Shown here: piece after piece, positions 22,056 to 33,785 of the stretch
Layout of the letters: each line of letters begins with the position of its first letter
Position numbering within the stretch: the first letter of the stretch is position 1
Assembly (NCBI RefSeq): GCF_001194135.2
Contig: NC_068981.1
Location: 20,978,323 to 21,042,322, forward strand
From: Octopus bimaculoides
Lineage: Eukaryota
Length of the DNA: 64,000 nucleotides
Direction: 5' to 3'
Program-made: the position numbers and the translations under genes
The notes under the pieces: generated by a model
Databases searched by the model: none
The model's input: the letters and a program-made list of their open reading frames with translations, nothing else
What the model was told of the DNA's origin: nothing

Positions 22056-24207
22056 ACCAAATACTTAAGTCTTTCTGACAGTTCTCCTTTGAACCAATGA
22101 GAGAACTTTTATGTGGTCCCCCAACTTGCAAGAAATAGTGACCGAACCTCCTTCAAATCACACCATCTTAAACTATGCTTTCCTGGATTTTTATTCTTAT
22201 ACTTTTTTTCATATTCACTTCCACGGTTCCTCTAGCCAGGTACCTTCATCATTTCTCCACGACTTGCTCATTTCCCATCATTCCCTGCAATTCCATGTTC
22301 TCCACTTTCTGAACTAAATGCAAGACTTCAACTTTTTAGAACAGTAAGATTGTATTATGTTCATAACTTTCTCTTACATAGAGTAGCAAAAATAAGTTTT
22401 AACTAAGAATCAAAACTGGATGACAGAACCTGCTCAGTAAAAGCTCATGTTACTAATAGCAAGCAAACTGCCCATTCAAAAGAGCATACGTAACTCATTT
22501 CTCTCCAGGCATGTATATTATTTTCAAAATCTTACTTATATTTCATAGCATGCCTTTTGTGTAGAAAAAATAAAATACATGTTTCTTACCGCAGCTACAA
22601 AAATCAAAATACTAATTAGGTCATAGAAATTATCTACTAGTGAGCCACTGAGCACACCATGAGTACTCAGACTATTAACTTCTGTACAGCTGAAGACAGA
22701 ATTCCCAATCAATCTACCAGAGATCCTTAGCACTTTTTGTGAAGCTATTGCTTGCACTGACTATATAATATTGAAACTCCCACCAATTTCCATAACAATA
22801 GCGGTTACATCAGACTTCAATGTGACGTGTATAGTTTAGTGTTTGAACAAACTAGTTGCTTTTTCTACTCTGGAAGAACGAACTGCTACAGTCGAGACTT
22901 TAACAAGATCTGAACACAATTATAAATCAACAGGTGAACTATTTCAGTGTTTTGTTACTGAACCATCAGCTATTGGAGCCTTTTTATTCTGCTAGTTTTC
23001 TGCCTGTTGTCTAGTTGCTCAAGACGTGGTCCCAATAATACAGAAATTAGCTTAGGTACTATATTAGCATAATGGGTAACCTATAACTAATACTGATATT
23101 ATTGTTAGTACTATTGCTATAATAGTTGTAGGTATCATTGGTATTAACTGTTGTTATTGTTTTTTATTTGATGCTGAAGAGAAGTTTTAGCCAGCTTTCT
23201 ATTGGCTATATAAAGTCAGTACCGCTTCTATTGGTTGTTATATATAATATTGAGTAATCGTTATAACTATCCGACCGACCTACCAAGTTCTATCTCTATA
23301 GCCATGATGAGAAACAAATATTCAGATATACAAAGACATCCTCCGAATATTAAGGGGACAGTCGCATCAGAGGGTAGGTGATATGAATTTGTACGGACTA
23401 ATCTTTTTTATAATTGCTTTCGTTGTTGTTGTAATTGGTTTAACATGTTTCGTAAAAATAACCACATATAGTCACTGTGGTGATGGGATGTGTCACGAAG
23501 GTATATTCTGGTAACATACAGCTCGTTATAGCTATTCTGTATGAAAAGAAAACCACTGCAAACCTTTGAAATATCGAATTTCATTTCAAATGCAGAAAAC
23601 AGTGTGATAAGAATAATTTTTCTAGATATTTTTGTAGTAGTATCTCTTTAACGTTTTAATTATTTTACAAGATTAAATGCTTCGAAATACTGCATTAAGT
23701 AAATAAGACGTGCTACATTCAACACAGTTCATTTTTTTTTATAAACTATATTTTAACAGATCGATAAGTTGTGGATATATATTTATACATAGGCGATATA
23801 ATATTGAAACAATACAGCAACGTGTTATAGGGGGGAAGTAGCTTTACTGATACCAATAACGAAAACAGTTACATTTTGGCCTCAATGGAAGGATTCTGGA
23901 AGCAACGACTTGTAATTTTAAGATTAAGTAGTGATAAGATGAAAAGCTAAATAAACGAAGTTTGGAAAGGATTACTAAAAGATGACAATGTTATAGACAG
24001 AATAGTAAAGTGACGGAGGGAGAGAGACGCCATTTTAGCAGTGCTAGGTTAGTGAGGCAACGATGGTAATTTCAACAGACATTATCGTTTATACTGCATT
24101 GATGTATGCTTTATAAAGGAAATAATTAATGAAATCACCATTCATTTAAACTAAAACCACTGCTTTTAATATAATATAAACGTTTGGCCAAGAAAACAAA
24201 TACTTAC

Positions 24208-24290
24208 GTCAGCTTCGGCTTAGAACCTAGATGAGGACGCTTGTGCAGTGTATGAAGAGAAACATTAGTGTTGATTGGTTGTTGCGTTTG
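24208..24290 (-). other. Probable non-coding first exon of the minus-strand RRM gene (5' boundary approximate)
   Basis: Consensus donor GAC|GTAAGTA at 24208/24207 in a CpG-retaining unique region. If spliced to 9431, an in-frame TGA sits just upstream, making ATG 9417 the start codon. Confidence 0.55.
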
Positions 24291-24397
24291 TAGTTAACCA
24301 ATGGTAGATGTCGTTAGATATCTGTGTGCGTGTGTGTATGTGTACACCAAACACAAGTGTCTACTATCGCATGTGGCCGACAGTTAAGAAGAAAAAT
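24209..24397. promoter_or_regulatory. Candidate bidirectional promoter with two oppositely oriented CCAAT boxes
   Basis: ATTGG at 24274-24278 and CCAAT at 24298-24302, between a minus-strand donor (24208) and the CNEP1R1 ATG (24398). CpG is visibly more frequent at about 23.2-25.8 kb than elsewhere. Confidence 0.55.
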
Positions 24398-24419
24398 ATG
24401 TCTTTTGAACAAACAGAAG
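24398..24419 (+). CDS. CNEP1R1: CTD nuclear envelope phosphatase 1 regulatory subunit 1 (TMEM188/Spo7-like), coding exon 1
   Basis: ATG TCT TTT GAA CAA ACA GAA G|GTGAGA = MSFEQTE, phase 1; joins exon 2 to give EQTE-DLKAFERRL, matching the known N-terminus MNSLEQAEDLKAFERRLTE. Confidence 0.85.
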
Positions 24420-27400
24420 GTGAGAAAATACTCTCAACTTATCTTCCTTCTCCAAATTCTACCACTTCGAGCTTTACTGACCATTATATCCATTGGGTAT
24501 GATTTCAGTCTTCTTCCGCGATTATATAAAGATGATCGTATTGTCTGTTTTAGAATATATATTTATATATATAATTTTCTTCCTTTCACTTTTAAAAATT
24601 CACCGAGTAAAACTATTACGGATATGTCAATTAAGATCGACAGATCCGTCACCGCAACCAAAACACGTATACTTTCTGTTAGTTTCGTTTATCCACTTGA
24701 CCATGTTGTCGACAACAACAAGCAATTTAGCTAAAAATTACTAATTTTCTTCGATGAATTACGAATATTTGATTATTCATATTTTGTTCATTTTCAACGT
24801 TTTTGTGTGTGTTGCGTTGGCATTGAATCGAAAGTGTTTAACTGTAACAAAAAATAGGTTTTCTTTTTAAATAACAGTCATTACCATTCAAATGAATGTA
24901 TTCGATCTCGGCACTTGTTAGTTTCCAGTTTGATTCTCCACCACCCAATCATATTTTCGTCTGTCTCTTATCCTTTATACTTCCTTACACATCAACCAAG
25001 ACCCTTTTCCAGATGGAACTGTTATTTTGTACTGTTTACTACTAACTAGCACTTGGCTCTTTGCTTTGTTGATTGACCTTTAGTCCGTTTGACCATACTT
25101 CCTATTTTAGAACTTTTTTCTGCGGTTGTACGACAGAATTAAACAACCAGAATCGCGTCAGTAGCTAGCTAATAAAAGTTACCGCGGTCATTCAGTCCCA
25201 AACTTCTTTTCGTGTTATTGTGACAAGGACTATAGTTAAGAGAGAGAGAGAGAGAGTTGAGGACAGAGCTCTAAGTTCTAATTTGCACAGTATGTATATT
25301 CATCACTAGTTGATCCGTATCTTGTTTGTGGCACCCTCATGCAAAGCTTAAACAGCATCCTAGCGTTCTCGACACCACCAGACTTTTAGGCTTCCTCTAT
25401 CTAGGCTGATAAATGCAGAGTCATTTGTTCTTAGCTAAGAATTTTTGTTTCAGTTATCCCACTAGAAATATGACCTCTATAGTTTAACATTCTGGTAAAA
25501 CACCAAACTGCATCTTATCTGGACTAACCTTATCTATTTGCTACTAATTTCACTATGACTAAGTTTTTGGTTTCCGTATATTCAATTTTCTAGTTGTTAT
25601 GTATATTAACCTCCCTCAAATTTAAACCTCATTATTTAGTGTCGAAGAATATAATCATCACCTAGGAGACGATGTTCACAGCCGTTTGGCCTGTCTTATT
25701 TCCTGTTAAGGATGAAATTCGGTTCGGCTTTCGTCTAAATGGTGCATGTCAAGTTAGTTGAATTATTGAAATTCGTGTTGCAAATTGCCAGATCATTTGC
25801 ATAGTAAACACAAGAAATAAATGTTATTTCTCGAGTGATATCTATTAACTTCCACGTTCACAAATGTAACCATCTGTGTGTTTTCTGATTTAAATATTGA
25901 AGTCACTAACTGTAATAATGATGAATGATAAGATCACTATCATTTTTGAACTGATTTGTACATTTAAATATACGATGATCTAAGAATTTTTTCTGAATGC
26001 GTTTTACCAAAATAATAAATAAACAAACTTGGTTTAGAGCAGTGATTTTCTATGTTTATGTAATTCGGTACCTTTTTTTTTTTTTTTTTTTGATGAAAGA
26101 CATTTTATAAACGCCACATCTCATGGAAACAACTGAATATTTTAATCTAACAGAATCTAATTTTGCATATTTGTTATCATTAGCCATGTTTCTATCTATT
26201 GATGACACAATGTACTATTCATATTCTAATTGTGACAAAGAATTTTTTTTTTAATTTTGAAAATGCATTTAAAATATATGTACCTGGTTTAGAGTTTGGA
26301 ATATTGAAGTTATAGTTCTCAATATTTAAACTGGCATTTTATCATTTCCTTGACTACAGACAATGTTTTGAATCCTCAGCTTTTTGCAATCTCTCTTTCT
26401 AGCTACTCCGATCCATCCTTATATAATGTGGGCTGGCCATGTATCTCCTATTGGAAGATACCTGTACCTGTCCCTTTAAATTACATCTGGCATAAAATCA
26501 CCCCCTCTCTTCTACACCCCTCTCAGTTGAGGCAGCTTTCTCATTGTCTTGCAAGCAACTTGGCAACCTCACTAGTGCTGGTGTCCTCAAAAAGAACAGA
26601 GTACACTCTGTAAAGTTTACCCTGTCAGAGTTTTTATTTGATAGAATTCTTACATTTTGATATTGTACACCTACCACATATGTACATTTCAGAGTGCCTC
26701 TTGGAAAAGACATCTGCTGCATCAACAATCCTTCTCTTGCCATACTCTCTGAATTTTAACCCACAAACATATTGAGTCCTTTCTTTGACGCTTTTATCAT
26801 CATTACATTGACTGCTGCTCCCCTGAAAGTGGTCTTAACCCAGACACACCCTATCTCATTTAACTGAATGTATTTCCACTCCCTCTTGTCATCTTCACAG
26901 AATCTTATGACTCATTACCCATCTCTATTACTGTGCATCACTCTTTCTCTTTCCCTCTATTGCCCTCTCACCGACTCTGTCTACTATTCAGTTTCTCAGC
27001 CTATGCCTTCAGTGAACAACTACATCACAAAATAGTGAGGACTTAGTCTTATAAGATACAAAGCAACCTCACTAGTACTGCTGATAACATGATAAAATGA
27101 GCCACCCTCACCACCTGTAAAGTAGTTGGCAAATAGGTAGACGATGTAGGGTCTAGAGGGTAATTTAGTCTTGTTGCAGACATGACAATCTCCCTAGTGC
27201 TGGTGGCATGATAAAATGCGCCCAGTACACTCTATAAGGTGGTTGGTGATGGAAAGGGCATCCAATTATAGAAGCCAAGCCAAAAATGAAACCTACATGG
27301 TTCTCCAAACTAACAAGGCAGTAATTCTAAATAAAGAACTGACTTGGATTGTGTTGATCATCCAGTTCATTCCTTAATGGTAGACAGATCTAAACTGATG

Positions 27401-27954
27401 GTGATAATAATGATCTTAAACCAAAACATAAGGCAATGACATAACTTCAGCTACAACAGTAGCTCAACTAGTACTACTGATTATAAATAGCAGCCAAATT
27501 TCACTGAACACAATTTTTTATTATCTTAAAATGGAAAGAATGGATTGAATAGTATGATTCTGAATCATACTAATAAAACAACGGGGTAGCCATAATTGGA
27601 GTGCTTTTGATCAGTCAGGGTTAATCTGAACTTAGAGAACAATTCTAAAGGAGCAAAGTTCTGGAAAGGTTAGTTTTAATGAAAACTTTGGAAAGATTGG
27701 ATAATGTCTGTGTTATTTATTTATTTAAAATATCTTCCCCCATCTCTTGTGTAAGTCAACCCTAATTGAGTAAATCAAAGGTATTCCAGTTATGGCTGTT
27801 GTAGAGTATAACTTTGAGAGAGATTAGAGACAGAGGGAGGAAGATAAGACCAAGTTTACATGAAATTTGTGTGTGAATCTCTCAAAAAGGAAATCTCTGT
27901 ATTACATGTTCTTATGGTTTATTTTTGCAATCTGAAAGTTTTTATATAATCCAA

Positions 27955-28930
27955 ATTAGTAGTGGGGGTGGGTGCGCTGAAAGTGTAGCTGCTAGAATAA
28001 GAATAGCCTGGGCAAAGTTTAGAGAGCTCTTACCCCTGCTGGCGACAAAGGGACTCTCACTCAGAGTAAAAGGCAGACTGTATGACGCATGCGTACGAAC
28101 AACCATGCTACATGGCAGTGAAACATGGGCTGTAACTGCTGAGGACATACGTAAGCTCGCAAGGAATGAAGCCAGTATGCTCCGTTGGATGTGTAATGTC
28201 AATGTGAATACCCGTCAGAGTGTAAGTATCTTGAGAGAAAAGCTGAACATTAGAAGCATCAGTTGTGTGCAAGAGAGACGATTGCGCTGGTATGGACATN
28301 NNNNNNNNNNNNNNNNNNNNNNNNNNNNNNNNNNNNNNNNNNNNNNNNNNNNNNNNNNNNNNNNNNNNNNNNNNNNNNNNNNNNNNNNNNNNNNNNNNNN
28401 NNNNNNNNNNNNNNNNNNNNNNNNNNNNNNNNNNNNNNNNNNNNNNNNNNNNNNNNNNNNNNNNNNNNNNNNNNNNNNNNNNNNNNNNNNNNNNNNNNNN
28501 NNNNNNNNNNNNNNNNNNNNNNNNNNNNNNNNNNNNNNNNNNNNNNNNNNNNNNNNNNNNNNNNNNNNNNNNNNNNNNNNNNNNNNNNNNNNNNNNNNNN
28601 NNNNNNNNNNNNNNNNNNNNNNNNNNNNNNNNNNNNNNNNNNNNNNNNNNNNNNNNNNNNNNNNNNNNNNNNNNNNNNNNNNNNNNNNNNNNNNNNNNNN
28701 NNNNNNNNNNNNNNNNNNNNNNNNNNNNNNNNNNNCGTTTTCGTGCGGGTGACACGTAAAAGCACCCACTACACTCTCTGAGTGGTTGGCGTTAGGAAGG
28801 GCATCCGGCTGTAGAAACTCTGCCAAATTAGATTGGAGCCTGGTGTTGCCATCCGGTTTCACCAGTCCTCAGTCAAATCGTCCAACCCATGCTAGCATGG
28901 AAAGTGGACATTAAACGATGATGATGATGC
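27955..28930 (+). mobile_element. Relatively young 5'-truncated RTE LINE spanning a gap
   Basis: GGGCAESVAARIRIAWAKFRELLPLLATKGLSLRVKGRLYDACVRTTMLHGSETW...ERRLRWYGH, then gap, then RTE tail ending in (GAT)n. Confidence 0.9.
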
Positions 28931-29731
28931 TAAAAAGTCAGTAACTTACTATTTCTGGTATCAAAAGAGATTGTTAAATGTGGTTGGAACCTGTGGAAGG
29001 GGCAAACCCAGGAAGACATGGAATGAAGTAGTGAAGACCAACCTCAGGTTGTTGAGCTTCAAAGAAAAGATGACAACGGATGGAGATGATTGATGATATG
29101 CTGTGTTTGAGAAGACTTTTCCATCTTGGCAAAAGTGAGGTCTTAAAAGCACATCATTTATGATTATTCTCCCACACTCAATCTGTCCCTGTTAAGCCTT
29201 ACCCCACAACTCATCTTCCATTGCACTACCCATATAGATGCTATAATCATATGATCTCCATCCTCTTTCATTTCTGTGCTGTCAGTTGTCTTTTTGCTTT
29301 GAACCTCTTTTGTTACTTCACCTCTACCACCATCTCTGATTCATCTGTCACTCTCCTTTCACACTCTTGCAAACTTACCTATCTCCACCAGCCTTTCCAA
29401 TTCTCTCTCTGTATCTCTTTATACTCAGCTTCTTATACCTTGAGGGTATACCCTGACACCTCATCATCACCATTTCTTTCCTCTCTTTTCAGCAGGGGTA
29501 GGCATGTATCTACTTTACAGCAAGACATCTCTTCTAGTTCCACTATCATAATTTAACCTCTCCACACCTAGCATAAAGCCACCTCCCTCAATACTACACC
29601 ATCACTCACAATTACCTACAGCATAAATAAAATGGTGAAATACAGAGGAACAGGTGGTAGAATACAGTAAATAGATAGAAAAGTCGATACGAGAAGGGGT
29701 GTAGTGGAAGTCCCATGCTTTCATACATATA

Positions 29732-31013
29732 TTAGGTTGTCAAGAAAGTTCTTGCGGTTTTAACCTTTAAATTCAGATGCACATATCTCGGCACAAACAA
29801 AACTTTATTAATTTGAATGAACACCACCAGAATCAACGAACTTTTGTCAAAGCAAAACAAGTTTATTTATGCCAGTAGCGTAAAAATCCTATGTTCTAGT
29901 GGTGATGAAATCGTTAAAGATGTGTTTGGCATCGTCTTGGTTTTTGAAGCATTCTTCACACAGGAAGTTGTCGAGATGCTTGATAAAGTAATAGTTGGTA
30001 GGCGAGAGGTCTGGTGAGTATGGTGGATGAGGCAGAGCTTTGTAGCCCAATTCATTCAACTTCTGCAGGGTCAGTTGTGCAACGTGCAGCTGAGCGTTGT
30101 TGTGGAGAAGAATTGGTCCTTTTCTATTGACCAATGCTGACTGTTGTCAGAGTTTCTTATGCATTTCATCCATTTGCTGACTGTACTTCTCCGCTGTAAT
30201 GGTTTTACCTGGATCCAAAAAGCTGTGATAGATGAGACCGGCTGCAGGCCACCAAACAGTCATCATGACCTTCTTTTGGTGCAACTTTGGCTTCGGGAAG
30301 TGCCATGGAGCTTCGTCAGTGTCCAACCACTGAGCTGAACATTGCCAGTTGTTGTAAAGAATCCACTTTTCATCACAAGTCACAATCCGGTCGAGAAACA
30401 GGTCATTCTTGTTGAGTAAAAGAAGGGAAGACGACACTTCAAAACAGCGTTTTTTTTTGTTGTCATTCAATTCGTGCAGCACCCATTTCTCAGGTATTTT
30501 TGTTTTTACAATCTTTTTCAAGTGGTTGGAAGTTGTCATATATGTTACGTCTAATTCAGAAGCAAGCTTTCAAACAGTTGTGTGTGAATTGGCTTCCACT
30601 AAGGCTCTTAGTTGATCGTTGTCAACATCCGATGGCCAACCACTATACTTAGCATCTTCAAGACTCTCGTCACCACTATAAAATTTATTGAACCACCATT
30701 GTGCTGTACGTTCATTAGTGGCTCCTGGGCCAAACGCATCGTTGATATCGTGAGCTGTTTCAGCAGCTTTTTGGCCTAGCTTGAACTGGAATAAGAAAAT
30801 AGTACGAATTTGCTTTTTGTCCATGTTGTAATGAACGTTCTGGGAAAAATGGCCTAATTATTCAAAAAGAAAAAGAGTAACACGATTAGATAGAGTGAAA
30901 AACGGGCTTTAAAATGATATATAAAGTCAAAGTAATTTAACGAAAATTAATTTGAAAATACATCGTTTAAAACCAAAATTAAAAATTCCACAAGAACTTT
31001 CTTGACAACCTAA
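29732..31013 (-). mobile_element. Full-length (1282 bp) defective mariner, Hsmar1/cecropia-like
   Basis: TIRs TTAGGTTGTCAAGAAAGTTCTTG / CAAGAACTTTCTTGACAACCTAA, TA on both sides. Transposase MDKKQIRTIFLFQFKLGQKAAET..., WVLHEL, TCDEKW, HNNAQLH, YSPDLSPTNY, with frameshifts and the 2nd and 3rd catalytic D changed to N. Confidence 0.95.
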
Positions 31014-32315
31014 TATAAGCAAATACAAATAGACACCCAAGCACATTTGCAACTGTTCACATACAATAGAGTGGAGGGGAGGAAAAGAGATAGTCCCTAA
31101 ACCCATGAACTCAATGGTGAGGACAACAACAACATGAACCATAGTGACAAAAACAATAACAATATATTAGCAATATCAACTACTGTACAAACAACCACAG
31201 TCATAAATCACAGATAAAGGGTTTAGTGGTTGTCAGTTCATTGACAGGTTTATAATATCAGTTTTATATATAAAGTTCTCTGGCAGAAAAATAAAGTATT
31301 TTTGTAAGAATTTTCATAGTCTGTAGTGAGCGACAAGTAGTGTATCACCCACCCCTCACCATTTCACTTGCTCACATTAACCATCCCGTGTACCATTACC
31401 TATTACACACACATACTATGTTGAATCTAACCATCCACACATACACACTTATGCACACACATTTTGCTATGTATCTACGCTCACATAGCAATACATATAC
31501 TCATGTACAAACTCTGTCCACACTATTATATTGTATGCAACCAGACATAGTAGGTTACTATTACTCTTATGCACTCCATCCTTCACGTGATCACATATGT
31601 TTGTTGGTTTTCACAAAACAGGTCGATTACCCAAGTGTATTATATAATTCTATCCAGCTCAGTAAGTTAAAAGATCTATGTGATCTGCAGTTGTAACGAA
31701 TGCACATGGCATTCTGTAGAAGAGTAAATTAATATGTGTAATTTGTGTCACAATACAGTACTCCATAAAAATGTAGCTGGCATAAGCATTGGGATATATA
31801 CATAGATGAAAAGGATAGAAAAAGGGTTTCAGCATGGATATACAGATGAGTGTATGGGTAGAGGGTTTTACTAAATTATATCAAGTGTGTGAAAACCATG
31901 AGAAAAGGATGCTTACAATCCTCATGTCAATGTAAGGCCAGTAGTGTACTAGTGCAACTCTTTGTAGCTCAAGTAGTTCCCAACTCAGTAATTTTGTAAA
32001 GTTCTATTCTTATGGTGGGTACATTTATTAAGATCTCTACTATCAACTAACACAATCTTGAATCTGTCTTTCATGCATAACCCACATGGATGTCTATCTG
32101 CACTCTCTCACAGAAACTAAGTACATTTTGTCATTTTAGTTTTCAGTTTTACTTTTAAGTATATTCACAAAAAAAGATATGAAAGTTAAAATGTATTAAA
32201 TCATTCCAGCATTATGCACCATTTGTGCCAATATGTAGAATATATTTTGTTTTATATATACACACATATATGGTCATAACAATACTTTTAGACAAATAGT
32301 ATATATATATATATA

Positions 32316-32730
32316 GGCGTAGGAGTGGCTGTGTGGTAAGTAGCTTGCTTACCAACCACATGGTTCCAGGTTCAGTCCCACTGTGTGGCACCTTAGGCAA
32401 GTGTCTTCTACTATAGCCTCGGGCCGACCAAAGCCTTGTGAGTGGATTTGGTAGACGAAAACTGAAAGAAGCCCGTCGTATATATGTATATATATGTATG
32501 TATGTGTGTGTATATGTTTGTGTGTCTGTGTTTACGTCCCCCCAACATCGGTTGACAACCGATGCTGGTGTGTTTACGTCCCCGTAACTTAGCGGTTTGG
32601 CTAAAGAGACCGATAGAATAAGTACTAGGCTTACAAAGAATAAGTCCTGGGGTCGATTAGTTCGGCTAAAAGGCGGTGCTCCAGCATGGCCACAGTCAAA
32701 TGACTGAAACAAGTAAAAGAGTAAAAAGAG
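32316..32730 (+). mobile_element. tRNA-derived SINE, full length, with internal microsatellite and AGTAAAAG tail
   Basis: A box TGGCTGTGTGG, B box GGTTCAGTCCC; near-identical copy at 38061-38466. Confidence 0.9.
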
Positions 32731-32984
32731 TATATATATATATAGATACATATACAAATATATCTGCCTGCAAATCAAACCCCATGTAGTGTTAAGTGTG
32801 CAACATCTGGATAATAAAACTGGTTGGTCACAGCTGGAGTGCATTATTGTTATTCCTTAGTATAAAGGATTTATTGAAATGTAAGTAAAATGTATTCTTG
32901 TAGTTGCATATATCCAGAAACAAACTATTTTTTGTTGATTGGTTTTCCATTTCAATAGGAAATAATCTAATAATGCTTTGAAAT

Positions 32985-33180
32985 TTTGGCACAAGGCCAG
33001 CAATTTCGGAGGAGGGGGTAAGTTGGTTACACTGACCCCAGTGTTCAACTGATACTTTTTTCATTGACCCTGAAAGGACGAAAGGTAAAGTCGATCTCGG
33101 TGGAATTTGAACTCAGAACGTAAGGTCAAATGAAATACCATTAAGCATTTTGTCCAGTGTGTCTGTCAGTCAGCTCACTG
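32985..33180 (-). mobile_element. Short tRNA-derived SINE (CTTTCATCCTTTCGGGGTCGATAAA-core family)
   Basis: Minus strand TTCTGAGTTCAAATTCCACCGAGATCGACTTTACCTTTCGTCCTTTCAGGGTCAATG; related copies at about 37950, 54700, 59730, 60866-61475 and 62190. Confidence 0.75.
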
Positions 33181-33702
33181 CCCTAGGAATTAATCTAATA
33201 ATAATCATTTAAATTCAGGTCCATTATAAAGTCTATGTGAAATTTTAGTTTATAGAAATTTAAAATTATAGTGCTTTTAATAAAAATAGCATTGTACTTT
33301 CTAATAAAACTTACTCTTAATGAAGTGGAGTGGTTGTAATTGTGTGAATTTGTGTCAATAGATTGTTTCTCTTAAATTAATCATCCTAAAATATACTAGA
33401 AACTTTCATCAGAAAATCCTGAAAATCCCTTCCACTACCTTTTCATAAAGCTTTCTATTATTATTCTCCTATTCATTTACACTTCCAGTATATATATATA
33501 TATATGTATAAACAGGTTGTAAAGTTAACAACACTACTTACTTACTTACTTTACTATATAACGGTTTTCCCGTTTTCTTAACCGATATTGCATGCAGTTT
33601 TCAATATGTTTCATGTCATTACAACCTGTTTATACACATGTATTTTAAGGTCAACTATTAATGTTGTCTGTTGTTTGCTGTCTGCTATGAATTAATGAAA
33701 CT

Positions 33703-33785
33703 TGACCCTGAAGAGATGCAAGATCCCATTTTCTTATCTCAGACAAGAGTGAGTCGAGATATTGCATTGAAATGTGCACAGGTCA
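33703..33785 (+). ncRNA. Type I hammerhead-like motif with a long stem II (U16.1 changed to C)
   Basis: TGACC-CTGAAGA-GATGCAA...TTGCATT-GAAA-TGTGCA-C-A-GGTCA; perfect 5-bp stem I and 7-bp stem II base. Confidence 0.55.

Noticed and set aside
22536-22763. Bicistronic transcript idea: the 22590 donor spliced to 9431 ends ...FVAA-VLRMQ* with the stop overlapping the RRM AUG
   Set aside because: That frame has no AUG, is closed by TAG at 22763-22761, and exon 1 has a TAA in the matching frame, so no long upstream ORF can be built.
24324-24744. 136-aa and 83-aa ORFs at the CNEP1R1 start
   Set aside because: No recognisable domain; they overlap the promoter, exon 1 and the intron start, and only the 22-nt coding exon is supported.
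33340-33415. Minus-strand CTGATGA...GAAAC near 33406, and CTGATGA at 50225
   Set aside because: No convincing stems; the 50225 match lies within the candidate coding exon (TCT GAT GAA).
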